Source: Gnetum montanum (taxonomy: Eukaryota; Plantae; Gnetophyta). From it: 64,000 nucleotides of DNA. Location: contig MNCI01002812.1 in assembly GCA_015680685.1 (NCBI GenBank), positions 286,181 to 350,180 of the forward strand, read 5' to 3'. The notes below the pieces were generated by a model that ran no database searches, was not told the DNA's origin, and worked only from the letters and a program-made list of their open reading frames with translations. A program made the position numbers and the translations under genes. This document shows, piece by piece, positions 12,461-24,565 of this stretch (within the stretch, counting starts at the first letter, position 1; each line of letters starts with the position of its first letter).

Positions 12461-15400
12461 TCTCTTATGCGGGCTACAAAGGCTTAGTTCTTGGAGGTGC
12501 TTGATGGTGTTAGCCCCTACCATTTTATCCAACCCCGGTGTTCTTCTTGTGTAGGCAACAAGATGTTGTAGGGTTGGAAAAACTTGGTGTAGCACAAGTG
12601 GATGGCCAAAAGGTCTATTGAGTACTCATTTTAATATTAAAATATGATTTAAAATACATGCTATGAATGTTTTAAAATAATAATAATAATAAATATATGG
12701 GAAAACAAAATATTTTCTATTCTATGTCAACAGAGATGCTAAGAAACAAAAGAAAAAAATGCTCTAAGGTGTGCTGCAAGAGCTAAAACAGGTATGTTGA
12801 GATGCAAAAGAATGCTCATACTGAAGAACTTGACCTATGAATCAAGTTAGAGAAACCTAACCCATGAATTAGGGATATTGTGTGCAAATACTGTAGCTTT
12901 ATATTTTATTTTTAAATTTTATTTTATCTAAATGTGATGCATTGCTCTTTTTAGTTTAAAATACGTAGCCTCTCCATGGCTGTAGAAAGGTCGCATGCTG
13001 ACCTTTCAAGGCTCGTAAGACGATGGGAAAACTCACATCGCTAATGACTTGAAAAAGAAGGTGCCTTATTTGATTATGTATCTTGAACTACCCTTATCAT
13101 AAATCTATTTTGAAAACTCTTTCCTTGCATCTTATGACAATTTTGAAAGATAAAGATGTAGATATTATGCTGGAATGTTTTGTAATTATCAAGAGGAATT
13201 GAACCTGAGATCTAGCAAAATCTAAATTCTGAAATATCAAAAATTGTTGATTTAGGAATTGAACTTGCAACCTCTGAATATACATATTTTATTGATTTTT
13301 TTTATACTGATGATGAAGAGAATTGGACTCATGACCCATTGCTTAGAAAAAAGATAGAGAGAGAGAGAACTTTAAAAATAAAGAAAAGAATACAAACAGT
13401 TCCCAAGAAGTCAGTTACAAGAAACCATCCATTATCCCTTATTCCACCTACAAATAGGGAGAGAAGGAGAGGAAAAAAAACATATAAGGCAAAAGTAGCT
13501 AAGCAAAATTATTTAAAGAAAAACAGATACAACAACAGGGAGTGTGGTTCGGAAGGGAGAGAAGACTGTGGCTACTACAAGAGATAGCAAGGAGAAAGAA
13601 AACAAGTGCGGCATAGCAATCCAATATTCTCATAATTCCTCCTAGTAAGCAAGATATCTAAGCAAAGACATAAAATGATCCATCTCTATTTGTTTGATAA
13701 TGGCCAGCAATGGCTGATTTTCTCAAACCTCTCTCTTTTTGCTTGTCTAACCACCTTCACAATGCTTTTATGAAAATATCAAGATTGTTGTTGTAAGTTT
13801 AGATTTTTTAAACCTTTATTACCTTTTTTTTTCTGGATCTCTCCACCCATCCTCTGCACTCTCACACCTCAATGACTTGGACGAGAGTTGTTTTTGTAAC
13901 AATTTAGAAACACTCATAATGCTTTGGGGCATTTTTGGCAAAAGATTGCCAACAAGGGCCATGAATCCCTCATATGAGGATTGGTACTACAGCAGAAAGC
14001 TAGAGTATCCTTGGGCCAATCGATAATTGTGAATGTTTTAAAATTGTTGAATTCTTGGATTTAGGTTGGAATTGGGTTGATGAACCCTCCCCATTTAAAT
14101 GCATAAATCTTGGATCTGAATCTTGAATTATACTTTTTTNACAAATATGATATTATTAATTTATCTACTTTTGTGGTCATTTCTTTGGTTTACAAATGTG
14201 TAAAGGATCCTAATTAGCTTTTTTTATAGGTTGAATAATAAAAAGTTTGATTTTTTTTAATCTAATGAATCTTGCACAGATATTTTACTATGGCTATTTC
14301 TTTATAAAATTATCTCTTAATTCTTAAAATTAATATTGACTAACCTGTTTTTAAAATACATCTAGGCGTTGTTGATTTCGTTTTAATTTTATAGGTTAAT
14401 GTTAGTTGATTGTTGTAGAAAGAAAGCCACTTGGGCATTTTCTTCTTTCAACTAGCTTTCTTTCTAGGGGGGGCTTCGGGTGCTAGCTCTTGCTCCCAAT
14501 GAATGGGTATTACATTTGCCATACTTAGGTGCCTGAAATTAAAGGAAAACATTAGTTGAATTTTCCATGAGAAGTAAACCTAATTACTATAACACTCTCC
14601 ATTCTAGGATGTGAGCTGGTTCTTATATGGCATGTAAAATACACTTGACATGCATGGTTATTTCTTTCGTTTGTATGATGGGAATATTGCATCTTGGAAG
14701 GCTGGAGGTCGCCCTGGAGTAAGTCTTTCATTACATGAATGTTTTGTACATTTTGTCATAGTTAGATTTTTCCTTTTATGCAAGTAAATATTATTTATTT
14801 ATTTTGTTTCAATATGCTAACCCCATTTACTTATTAGAAATTATATTCTTTTATTTGTGGAAAACAAAGAAAGAAAATATATGTGTGATCATGTATGTTT
14901 ATTTGCTTTTCATAAAATTAACCCACATGAATTATGATTAGAAGCTCTTTGAACCTAGGATAAGCAATTCACCTAAACTCACAATTAGTAATTAGGTGGA
15001 TGATGAATTTGATTGGTGTAGATTGTGTGCAGCATCTAGTATTTTTAGGGATCATTGATTTTAATAATAATATATTCATCCCCATACCTTGAATGGTGGG
15101 TTGCATTGTTTATTTACTTTGCATACAACCTATCCTAGATGTGGACATAAGCACCACTATCCAACCCTACTAGTATATATGCTTACTTCGGCTTAATATC
15201 CTAAGCCATTGGACTCAAGGGGATTGAGTTGCACAACACCCAAGGGCTTTCAATGATGCAAACACCATTCGCAACTATGTACCTACCTCATGTACAATCT
15301 TTGGTCACCTATCTTGGGGGTATCTCAAGGTGTAGTCCAAAAATGATAGTTGGGCCAAGCCTTGTTTGTATAGTTTAGAACCCGAAGCTAATGCAACTGA

Positions 15401-15981
15401 CAATGGGATGATGACTGGATTCTTCAAGTTGGATGGCCCTCAATGTCGAAATGCAACGCCACATTGTATGGGCAAAGTTATTGAAACCTATATTTTTGAT
15501 TCCCAACCATTGTTTGAAGCCTATTATAGATTAAATGATCTTGTATGGTGGAAACATAGTGGAGGACTAGAAGCACATCCAACCACATCCATCAGTACTA
15601 CTTGTCAACAAAACTTGAAACAAGTGAGTCACACAAACGTTTGATGTTTTTTAGCTTCGCAAGTTTTTGAAGTATTAGCAATCACCTTAGCCAAAGCTAG
15701 TTTTTAAAATATCACAATGCTACTAAAGATAGATGATATGCAATAAATGCATCAATCCTTAGGATTATGATAAGTGGCAAAGTCTAATCCTATCAACAAC
15801 TTGTTAAGTCCAATCAGGAAAGGAAGTACATAGGCATTGTAATCATCCCATCATTATGAGTTGCTAATGTAAGTATAATTCCATGTGTTTAGAGGATTGG
15901 AAAAGAAAAAAAATTGTACTAATCTTTAGAGGGTGTTTATTAGGGATTCTATGTCAACCCACAATTAAGCATGTGGCAGTC

Positions 15982-16305
15982 TGCATAATGTAATGGTGCA
16001 AAATACCGCAGTTTTTACATATTGATGATATCAGATAATCAAGTGAAGTAGAAAGTTAAAACTACTTTTCATAGTAATCTTATGATCATAATCATTGAGA
16101 CTATTATATTATTTATGACTGTCCTATTTCTTTAATCATATTATTATCATACTATTTCTCTCATTATATCATTGTCTGGTAGCACTGTTTCTAGTATCAA
16201 TACTACATTACTTCAGTAATATTTGAATCCAACCAACACAGTTAAAAAATTCCATATGTGATTTTGAACATTAAAGTATTCATGGTTGCTTAGTCTTAAA
16301 TCAAA
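15982..16305. repeat. Dispersed ~330 bp repeat, copy 2
   Basis: Aligns by eye to 7095-7420 with scattered substitutions and small indels. Confidence 0.85.
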
Positions 16306-17294
16306 TGTAATAGTCTTGCTCTGGAAAAGTATCGTTCAACACCACCCTTGAGTCTCAAATTAGTATGTCTCACCCAGAGCATACTCAAGATAGACTACAT
16401 CTTAATAATCACTAATCTTGCATGCACAGCATAGTACATTATCATCATCAATCAATAGATGGGAGGCGCACCTGGTGCACCATATACATAAGTATCGGAA
16501 GCATCTATAATATCCCATCAAGTATAAAACATAAGTACTCAATCAACCCTTGTAGACATCATCGATAGCAGGCTACAATGTATCTACAAGGGGTTGCCTC
16601 ACCCCCAAATCCCTCACAATCTAGTACAAGGATCGGCGTGGCACCACACCTAAATTATCCAACCCATGCTGCCTACATATCTATGACCACCGCAGAATTA
16701 GGGCCATGTAGTTTTCTATGTTGGTTATGATGGTTTAGATAGCATGGAACCACAAAGGATCTCCATGCTCCTCCAACACCCATTCCGAAAGGAAACAACC
16801 TTCAATCCACCAACATGACATGTTTTCTTACATCAACCCATGGTTAATTATGCAACTTAGCTACAAATTTTCTTATCACAACAACATCCTCATTTGTAAT
16901 CACCACCATGGTAGTTTTCCCAAAGGTAGACATATTTGAATTATTTAATTTTTTTAAGTCCAAATCCCACACATGAATATTCAATACTTTCTCTCTTTTT
17001 TGGAAAAATTCGGGCTATGTTAAATGAAAAATTTACATAGTGCACATGCCAAGCTCCCAAAAGACAAGGGAGGAGGATCTCCCCACCCCCACAATGCACC
17101 CAACACCCTCAAGCAAAAATTAGCGAGGCTAGCAAAAAGCTCCCCAACACCACCCCCCCACCCTAGAGGGGGGGCAAAACCACCCCAACAACAGAAAAAC
17201 AGCAGCAAAAATCCCCCAAAAAGGTCACAATTGAACAAAATAAGAAAAACAAAAAGACAAGACAACAATGACATCAGTGGCATCCACCCCCCAA

Positions 17295-17540
17295 TTACAG
17301 CCTAAGCGACAGCCGAGAACAACAACAATAGGCACGCTCCTGCACATGGATATCATCCAAGACCTCCCTGTGCAGCTCCATGTCAATGAAGGCTGCCGCC
17401 TCCTAAAATCTTTTGAAAGCCTCTGCCACCTTACTCCCCTGCTTATCAGGGTGAAAGTCTCTCCCCTCCCTACAAATGTGGTCCCGCAATGCTAACCACA
17501 GGGCACTCTAACCAATGTTGAGAATAACATAAGGACAGCG
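17295..17540 (-). pseudogene. J-domain of LINE C
   Basis: CPYVILNIG*SALWLALRDHICR/RDFHPDKQGSKVAEAFKRF*EAAAFIDMELHREVLDDIHVQERAYCCCSRL. HPD at 17445-17453. One frameshift and two TAG stops. Confidence 0.9.
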
Positions 17541-18056
17541 CCCCCCGCCCCCCGCCTGGGCCCCTACAGCCAAGCAACCACCCAATCAACATGGGCCTTA
17601 TCCAGCTAAGGCCAAATTTGATCCTCCTTCCCTTCCTGGGCTCGATGCTCGACAACCTCCCTTTCCGCCTCCTCTTGCTACCTAGCCTTGTCTTCCAGCT
17701 CCTGCTACACGCTTTCTTAGGGCACCGCCTCCTACTCAAGCCGCGAGGCCACCTCGACCAAATCCCAACAAATTCTTTCTTCTCTGACAACCACCCGAAT
17801 AGCCTCCTCCTGCTACACCACCCACAACTCCCACTCTTGTTGGAACTCTTCCTCTCTTCAGCGCCATCGCTCCTCCCACATCAACCTCTCTATGACCTAC
17901 CCCTGCTCCACCCTCGCAACAAAAGATGTTCCCTAAGATGGGGACCACCTTGCTCCTAGCCTCTAGCCTCCGTCGTCTATGAAGCAGTGAATGGACCCCC
18001 TCCCAGAGAGGGAACCCCATGCCTCCCNCACACATCGGGCCCTTCATCCTCGACTG

Positions 18057-18345
18057 GACACACACACACACACACCCACCGAGCCCTTCCTCTAAGATTG
18101 GACACACACACACACCCCGGGCCCTTCCTCCGAGACTACACACACACACACACAACTCCAAGTGAGCAGCACCCCACACAGCCCGCCTCCAAGTGAGCAG
18201 CACCCCACACAAACACACACACACACACAGAAATCCAAGTGAGCAGCACCCCACACAAACACAGACACACACACACAGAGACCTACAAGTGAGCAGCACC
18301 CCACACAACCCACCTCCAAGTGAGCAGCACCCCACACAGCCCGCC
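18057..18345. repeat. Compound minisatellite: five CAAGTGAGCAGCACCCCACACA units separated by (CA)n or short spacers
   Basis: Units at ~18159, 18190, 18236, 18286 and 18317. Confidence 0.9.
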
Positions 18346-18403
18346 AAAGCACCAAAATAAGGCTAGAGTGGCACCCACATTGCTGCTGCCACAACACAGC
18401 CAG

Positions 18404-18525
18404 AAAGAACTGAGGCAGATATTACATTTTCCCCACCTTTAAGATCCTATTAGAGATATTTACAAAAGAACTAAGGCAAATATTACATTTTCCCCACCTT
18501 TAAGATCCTATTAGAGCTATTTACA
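18404..18525. repeat. 61 bp tandem duplication at the 5' junction of LINE C
   Basis: aaagaactgaggcagatattacattttccccacctttaagatcctattagagatatttaca occurs twice with ~3 mismatches. Confidence 0.9.
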
Positions 18526-19505
18526 ACTCAATTTCCATAATTTGTGAACCACCAACATTGATCTCCATACGCATAACAAAATGTTTTGAAGCATTTTGAG
18601 CACAAGTTCAACAAATTAATCTTACAACTATCCTAAGAAGCTTGTGAAAAGCCTTGACCACCATAGACTTGGATTTACCTTTCTTCCAACAACCAAACAA
18701 CAAAAAAGTGTGCAAAACTAGCAAACCAATCCAAAAAATTATGATATAAATAAATTAATAATGTTTTTTTCTGTCTAAAAAATTTCATAGAAATAAATTA
18801 CCTTTTCTGAAATTAACCTTTCAAGAATAATACCTTTCAATTTAGATGCATTTTCTTCATTTTCTAATTATATAAATATATTATCAACATGTGTAAAATC
18901 AGAAAGGCCATTTTTATCCCTCTTTTTTTAATTTTTCCTTTAATCAATCATCCTAATGATTTGGCAACCATAATAGAAGAAAAAATTGCAATAGGATTTG
19001 CTTGGTGACTTAGCAAAATACTCTCTCTAAGAAGGGTTCCCTAATAAATATCCACAAAAGGCACAATCTTTCAAGAAAGTCACAATGTTCCAGAAAAGGC
19101 ATCAATCCCAAAAAAGAATAAAATAAGAAAGTATGTGAAAAGAAAAAGGTTAAAAGATAATGAAGTGACAAGTAAAAAACTATATACATGAAACACTAAA
19201 AGATTCAAAAGCAATTAACAAAAACAAGAACAATTACTCAGAGATAATGAAGCAATGCTTGTTCTGCCCAATGGGTCTCAAGAGGGCTGGTAGACAAGTG
19301 AGAACCTAACCTCTTTTCAAGCTACACCTAGGCCTAAACCCATACTTTGAGACCTAATATATGAGCACCTTGTCATTATTTCAAATGATTCACCTAGTTG
19401 CTCAGAAAAAGTAACATTGATTAAAAATAATTGCCTATAGCACAAGGATGACTCCTTGAGTTATAACTGCTATTGAGATAGCCACAATGTGAGATTGATG
19501 ACTTT

Positions 19506-22500
19506 TTTTTGAGAGAATGTTCGGGATTGTATTACTGAAAAATTATAATACAAGAGTATACAGTTCGAGGGTCATCAGAAATGGCCCATAGAGAAAAAAG
19601 GAGGGGGTGGAAACCCCGATGCAGAAACACTGGCACCCCAATCCGACAAAATGTTCTTCCAAGGGGGGCACACCCCCATCAGCAACAAAAATAGGGGGGG
19701 CGCACCCCCACCAACGACAAAGAAAAAAGGAGGGGCAAAACCCAAAGCATGGGGGGGGTGGCCTTAGGGGCGAGTCGACAGATGACGGCAGGCACATTGC
19801 GGACGTTCAAGCTCATGGAGCAGGTCCAAGNGGCCTTAGGGGCGAGTCGGCAGATGACGGCAGGCACATTGCGGACGTTCAAGCTCATGGAGTAGGTCCA
19901 AGGTGTTGCGATGCTCCTCAGTATCCATGAAGTTTGCTGCCTGTTGGATGCCTTGCACAGCGGACTCCCGCCTACTCCGATCCGCCGGTGAATCCCCCGT
20001 GTCCGGATGAAAGCGCGCTGAGGTTCGCCGAATATGTCTCCGGAGCTCCCCCCAGGAGCTCTCACAACTGATGCCCAAGATGAGGTATGGGCACCCGCCC
20101 CCCCCCCCCCCCCCCCCCCCCACAAGCCATTGACGGGCACTGTGCTCATGTGCCTGGTCGAGCTGTCTTTGTCTCTGCTCCTCCTGCTCCTGTAAGCGTT
20201 CCTGCTCTGCCCTTTCCGCCTCCTCTTGTGCTCTATGGGCTACGTCCTCCTGTCTCAACTCCTCTCTCACCTGGGCCCAGATCTCGTCTATGAGCCGGGC
20301 CTGAGCAGCCTCCGCCATAAGCTCATGTTGTCGCATCTGCTCCTGTTCCCGCTCGTGGAACTTGGCCTCCCACTCTTGCCGCTCCGCCTCCCGCGCAACG
20401 ATTGCGGCTCGCTGTTCTGCTTGTTGCAGCTCCTCAGCCCAGTTGGAGCGGTCGCTGGGGGGTCTGGCAAGGGGGAAGCCATCCTGATAGCAGGGAGGCG
20501 TGGGCCTCACTGGGAGCGGCATCCCCAAGCAAAGGTTGTTGTTGGCAGAGTCCAGCGAGTCTCCTGGTTGGGCGAGGTCGAGGGGGCAGGGGGGGCAGCA
20601 GGGGTGACCCCCCAGGGGGGCAGAGGACGACGGGCCTAGCACCCCCAGCCCCCCTCCACAAAGCCAGGATCAGCCCTGAATGCCGACCGCGTTGTTTAAG
20701 AAGAACCTCCAAGAAAAAACACGGGAGGTTAATCTGGAGGCCTAACTTCAAACAACGCATGAAGACAAAGTGTAACCCCTAAAGTTTGGACCCACTGCCA
20801 GATTGGACGAAAAAACGGTCCACCAGATCAACCGCCCAGGCCCAGNGACAGCTGGCGATAGCAAATTCTGTGACATGAATCTCATGTCCTCGGGAAGGTG
20901 GTCCGATCGCTGTCCCAATTTGCGAAAAACGCGTCATCTGTGAGGTCCGGGTCACCGACCAGCCGCTGCAACGGGCCAGACCAGCCGCACCGGGTAACTA
21001 GCCGCTAGAGCTCCTCATCCTCCTAGAAGGCGGCGTAGTTAGGCTCAAACGTCGACGTGACACCCATGGCTGCTCTAATTTCGTTCCACGCACGGCAAGT
21101 CTGAGTAATTATCCGCTAGGGGGGGGGGGCATGCAAGCGCATCCATAAATAAAGTGTGCGATCATTTCAGGCGCGACGCCACAACGAGGACATGTGTCGT
21201 CCTGCATGATGCCGCACCTACGCAAGACGGCGCGTACAAGGAGCATGTCAGACCATACCAGCCATAAAAATATTTTGATTTTTTCAAGGAGCCGCCCGCG
21301 CCAGATCCACTGCCAACCATCCTCCGGTGGATATTTTGCTAACAGCAAGGCACGTGGCTCAAGGTGCAGCCAACACTGGGTCAACATTGTTTGTGTGTGC
21401 TGGCAGATCGTCTGCCAGGCCGCAAGGCACGCATTCTGGCCTCCCACTGCGTGTACTTACCATTGATGATGCGGGCCCACTGACTTAGCTCCCCGTGCAT
21501 GCGCGTTAGGCGATGTAGGAGCCGTTGCTGCCCTAACATGATTTTGTCCTCAAAAAACGTAATGCCCAACCCCCTCGCCTTACGAGGGCGTGCAATGCGG
21601 GTCCAATTTACAAGGTGAAGCTTGCCCCCCGCTCTCCCCCCCCCCCCCCAAACAAAACTTCGGACCATCTTGTTAATCTGTTGGGTGATGGCAGTGGGGG
21701 GAGCGGCAACGGCCACCACAAATCGTGTGACAACCATGAGAATCCCGGTTGCCACCAGGAGATGGCCCTTACGCGTTAGGAAGTGATTGGCCCAGTGGTT
21801 CATCCGCCTTTCGACCTTTGCCATGAGTGGCCCCCACGAATTGTTTCGGCCCCATTGGAACAACGAGATGCCCAGGTAGGTGTCTTTAGCTGTCCCAGGC
21901 TGGATGTCTAGGATTTGCACCACCCTGCCTTTTACTTGCGCATCAACATTAATGAGGTGCGCCGCAGATTTAGTGCGGTTGATTTCCAATCCTAACTCTT
22001 CTGCCAATCGGGTCAGGGTCGTGTTAATATAGCATGCTTGTGTGGCTGCTGCCCGACTGAGCAGCATGGTGTCATCAGCGTAGTGTTCAGCTCAACAGGC
22101 CACCCCAGCGATGTCCAAACCCTCCACCCCGAACGTGCTGCAATAATGTTGCATGAGGTCCATAGCAATGATGAAGAGCAGGGGCGAAAGTGGGTTGCCC
22201 TGTCTCAAACCCCTACCAGGGGATGAGAAACCCCACAGCCGCCCCCCCCACATCGAACGAGAAACCGGCAGAGGATTGGATGTGCATACACAGTTGGATG
22301 AAACTTTGGTCAAACCCTTTTTGATGCATAATGTTTTGCAAGGCTTCCCAACTGAGCGTATCATATGCCTTAGCTATATCAAGCTTGAGACATAGGCCAA
22401 GGAAGCCCATAGTCCGGAGGGAGTGCAGCACCTCCTACATGAGGAGAACCTGATCCTGGAGGGTCCTACCCTGCACAAAGCCAGCCTACTTGATTCCCAC

Positions 22501-22733
22501 CAACTTGGGCAGAAGAGGCCCGAGCCGGTTGACCAGGAGCTTGGAGAAGATCCTGATAAGGACATTGCAAACTCCAATGGGACAGAAGTGCTCCGGGCGG
22601 TGTGCATCCAACTGCTTGGGGATGCACACGATTCAAGAGCAGTTGATTTCCCGTCGCACTTGTCGTTTGGCTAACATGAGGTTGAACGCATCCAGGATAT
22701 TGGGCCCCACAATATCCATAAAACTCTTGAAGA
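19506..22733 (-). mobile_element. L1-clade LINE copy D, 5'-truncated, J-domain subfamily, 17 bp TSD
   Basis: Perfect TSD GTGAGATTGATGACTTT at 19489-19505 and 22734-22750. Poly(A) T-run at 19503-19510. RT (KLDIAKAYD, GLRQGNPLSPLLF, HYADDT), zf-RVT (CPRCG..ETIAHF-like), extension and J-domain ORF. Confidence 0.97.
19836..20642 (-). CDS. LINE-encoded Pro-rich linker + coiled coil + DnaJ J-domain (probably the C-terminus of an extended ORF2)
   Basis: 268 open codons starting at a GTG (first ATG at 20522). E/R/Q-rich coil, then CPYLILGISCESSWGELRRHIRRTSARFHPDTG...RRESAVQGIQQAANFMDTEEHRNTLD. HPD at 20001-20009. Confidence 0.88.
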   Translation of the reverse strand: MLGPSSSAPLGGHPCCPPCPLDLAQPGDSLDSANNNLCLGMPLPVRPTPPCYQDGFPLARPPSDRSNWAEELQQAEQRAAIVAREAERQEWEAKFHEREQEQMRQHELMAEAAQARLIDEIWAQVREELRQEDVAHRAQEEAERAEQERLQEQEEQRQRQLDQAHEHSARQWLVGGGGGGGGGCPYLILGISCESSWGELRRHIRRTSARFHPDTGDSPADRSRRESAVQGIQQAANFMDTEEHRNTLDLLHELERPQCACRHLPTRP

Positions 22734-24565
22734 GTGAGATTGATGACTTTGTACTAGTAGATAGGTTTTGGTTTCATCAAAACAACAATGGCTATACGTA
22801 ACCCCAAGGTGCAATGCCTTTGGGCTTTGCCAATAGATTGCCCTTTGCTGAGGTGATGGGTAGTGAAGGAGAAAAAGCTATAGCTCTTAACATACAATTT
22901 CAAATTTGCCAAGGAACTGGCCAAATAGTCCGTAAAGGATTTTGCCAAGGTTTTAGTGGCACAGTAGAGGCATTTCTAGAACAGTTACTAGACTTCTTAA
23001 TACTTGATACCCCCTAGTGAAAAACCTGCAATAATGGATCAAAAAATTCTAGGCTATTATACAATTGTAGATTTTGACATTGAAGGGTAAAACCTTCTTT
23101 TCTTTCCAAAATGCATGGGCTAAGGATAGAATACTAAATGCAAGAGCATAGAAAGATAGGCCTTTGGTAATCATTTTCTCCATTTCTGCATAAGCTTCCA
23201 GCCTATTTCTTCTACGTTGTGTGCTGCCCCAAGAAATAGGTCATTCCTAAATGATTTCTTGAAATGGCTAAAACTTTTGTTGTCTTTTTTGGCATAACAA
23301 GAAAAACGATTGAGGTGCATAAGCCTTAGTTCTCATGCCACTCTTTCCCACTGGCTAAAGCTAACCCTAAACAACCTTCGTTTGCACAAGTCACTATTTT
23401 TCAGCAGTCATTAATTTGTTCTTATGCATTGCACAAACTATTATGGATTCTTTTTCAATCATGCATATATTGTTTATTGTCCATACTTGTTAGCTGAGGT
23501 TTATTGTCACTCGCCCTTTGTCACCAATGCTTCCCAAATGTATTATCTTCTTAGCTTCATCTACACCTCTTGTCATCTCAGAATTTCCTTGTAAACCCCT
23601 CCAAGGAGGTCATTACTCACTCTTTGGTCTTTGAGGGCAATATTGCTCCCACCCCAACTACTCCTGTCCCTCGTGACTAGCCAAACAGATATTCAGCAAT
23701 AACGGCAAAAGTCTCTCCACCTTGTCTTACCCCCAAAGGCATCACAACCAAACTCCATGGCAGCCTCAGCAAACAAACACTAGTCAACCCTAGAAGGTAC
23801 CTCACCTTGCCCGTTGCCATATTACTGTTACACCTAGTTGCCATGCCTTGGCAATGGTTGCCCATCTCTAAGACACTAGTTGTAACTTTGGTGATGAAGC
23901 CCTTGGTCTACGTTTTATGTTAAGTTTGGTTTTTTTAGTTGGAGATTGATTTCTTTGTGGTATTGATTTGATATCCTCTCTCGTGTTGATCTAGGATTAG
24001 CTCGTGTTTTCATTAGGCTAATTGCCTCAGATCATCCTGCTTCATTTTGTTTTCAAATGTAGGGTGAAGTGCAAATGGCTGTGTATATTTTATTTAGTTT
24101 CTCTTACTCTGTTTTGATCCTTTTTTCCTAAAAAGGGGTGTAGTTTATATCGAAGATATAGAATGAATGCCATCCCTAAAAATAATATAGTAGTAGGCCC
24201 AATGTGGTCAGTTGAAAATAGAAGACAAACGAATGTGGTGAGTTGAAAATAGAAGATAGACAAAAAAAAATACTAAACATAAACTGTACAAGTTGCAGGA
24301 CAACAAAGATCTCCAATGATGTTACTCACATGAGGCATGATGGTCATCAGTAACAAATTGAAAAGGGAAAACACAAGGACGATAATGGATGATCTGTACG
24401 AACTAAGTTGATTGTATATGAATAAGAATGATATGGATGATGAACATACAATCTATCACAATCATCTGTAAGATGAAAAATGCAAATATTTTATAAGATA
24501 GTATTCCACTGTGTACAATACATAAACTACTTTAGCTACATATTTATGACATATATCTATGATTT

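Larger units (their letters stand above)
16996..18422 (-). mobile_element. Short 5'-truncated LINE copy C (extension and J-domain only)
   Basis: Short poly(A) at 16996-17001. YLPQFFLAVLWQQQCGCHSSLILVLWR matches copy D NLPCFFLEVLLKQRGRHSGLILALWR. Coiled coil and J-domain follow. Confidence 0.85.

Noticed and set aside
13330-14100. Possible further LINE 3' end with a J-like 'RERFEKISHCW' stretch
   Set aside because: No HPD, PY.ILG or clear poly(A), and too decayed to support.
18150-18345. CRISPR-like repeat-spacer pattern
   Set aside because: The context is a eukaryotic intron, the spacers are CA tracts or duplicated sequence, and there are no cas genes.
19760-19901. ~70 bp tandem duplication of the end of the J-domain ORF
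   Set aside because: The two units meet at a single N (19831) and differ by about two bases. This is typical of an unmerged contig overlap, not biology.
19836-20642. J-domain ORF read as a nested host DnaJ gene or retrocopy
   Set aside because: It lies inside the LINE's TSD and poly(A), and recurs at the same position in several divergent LINE copies.
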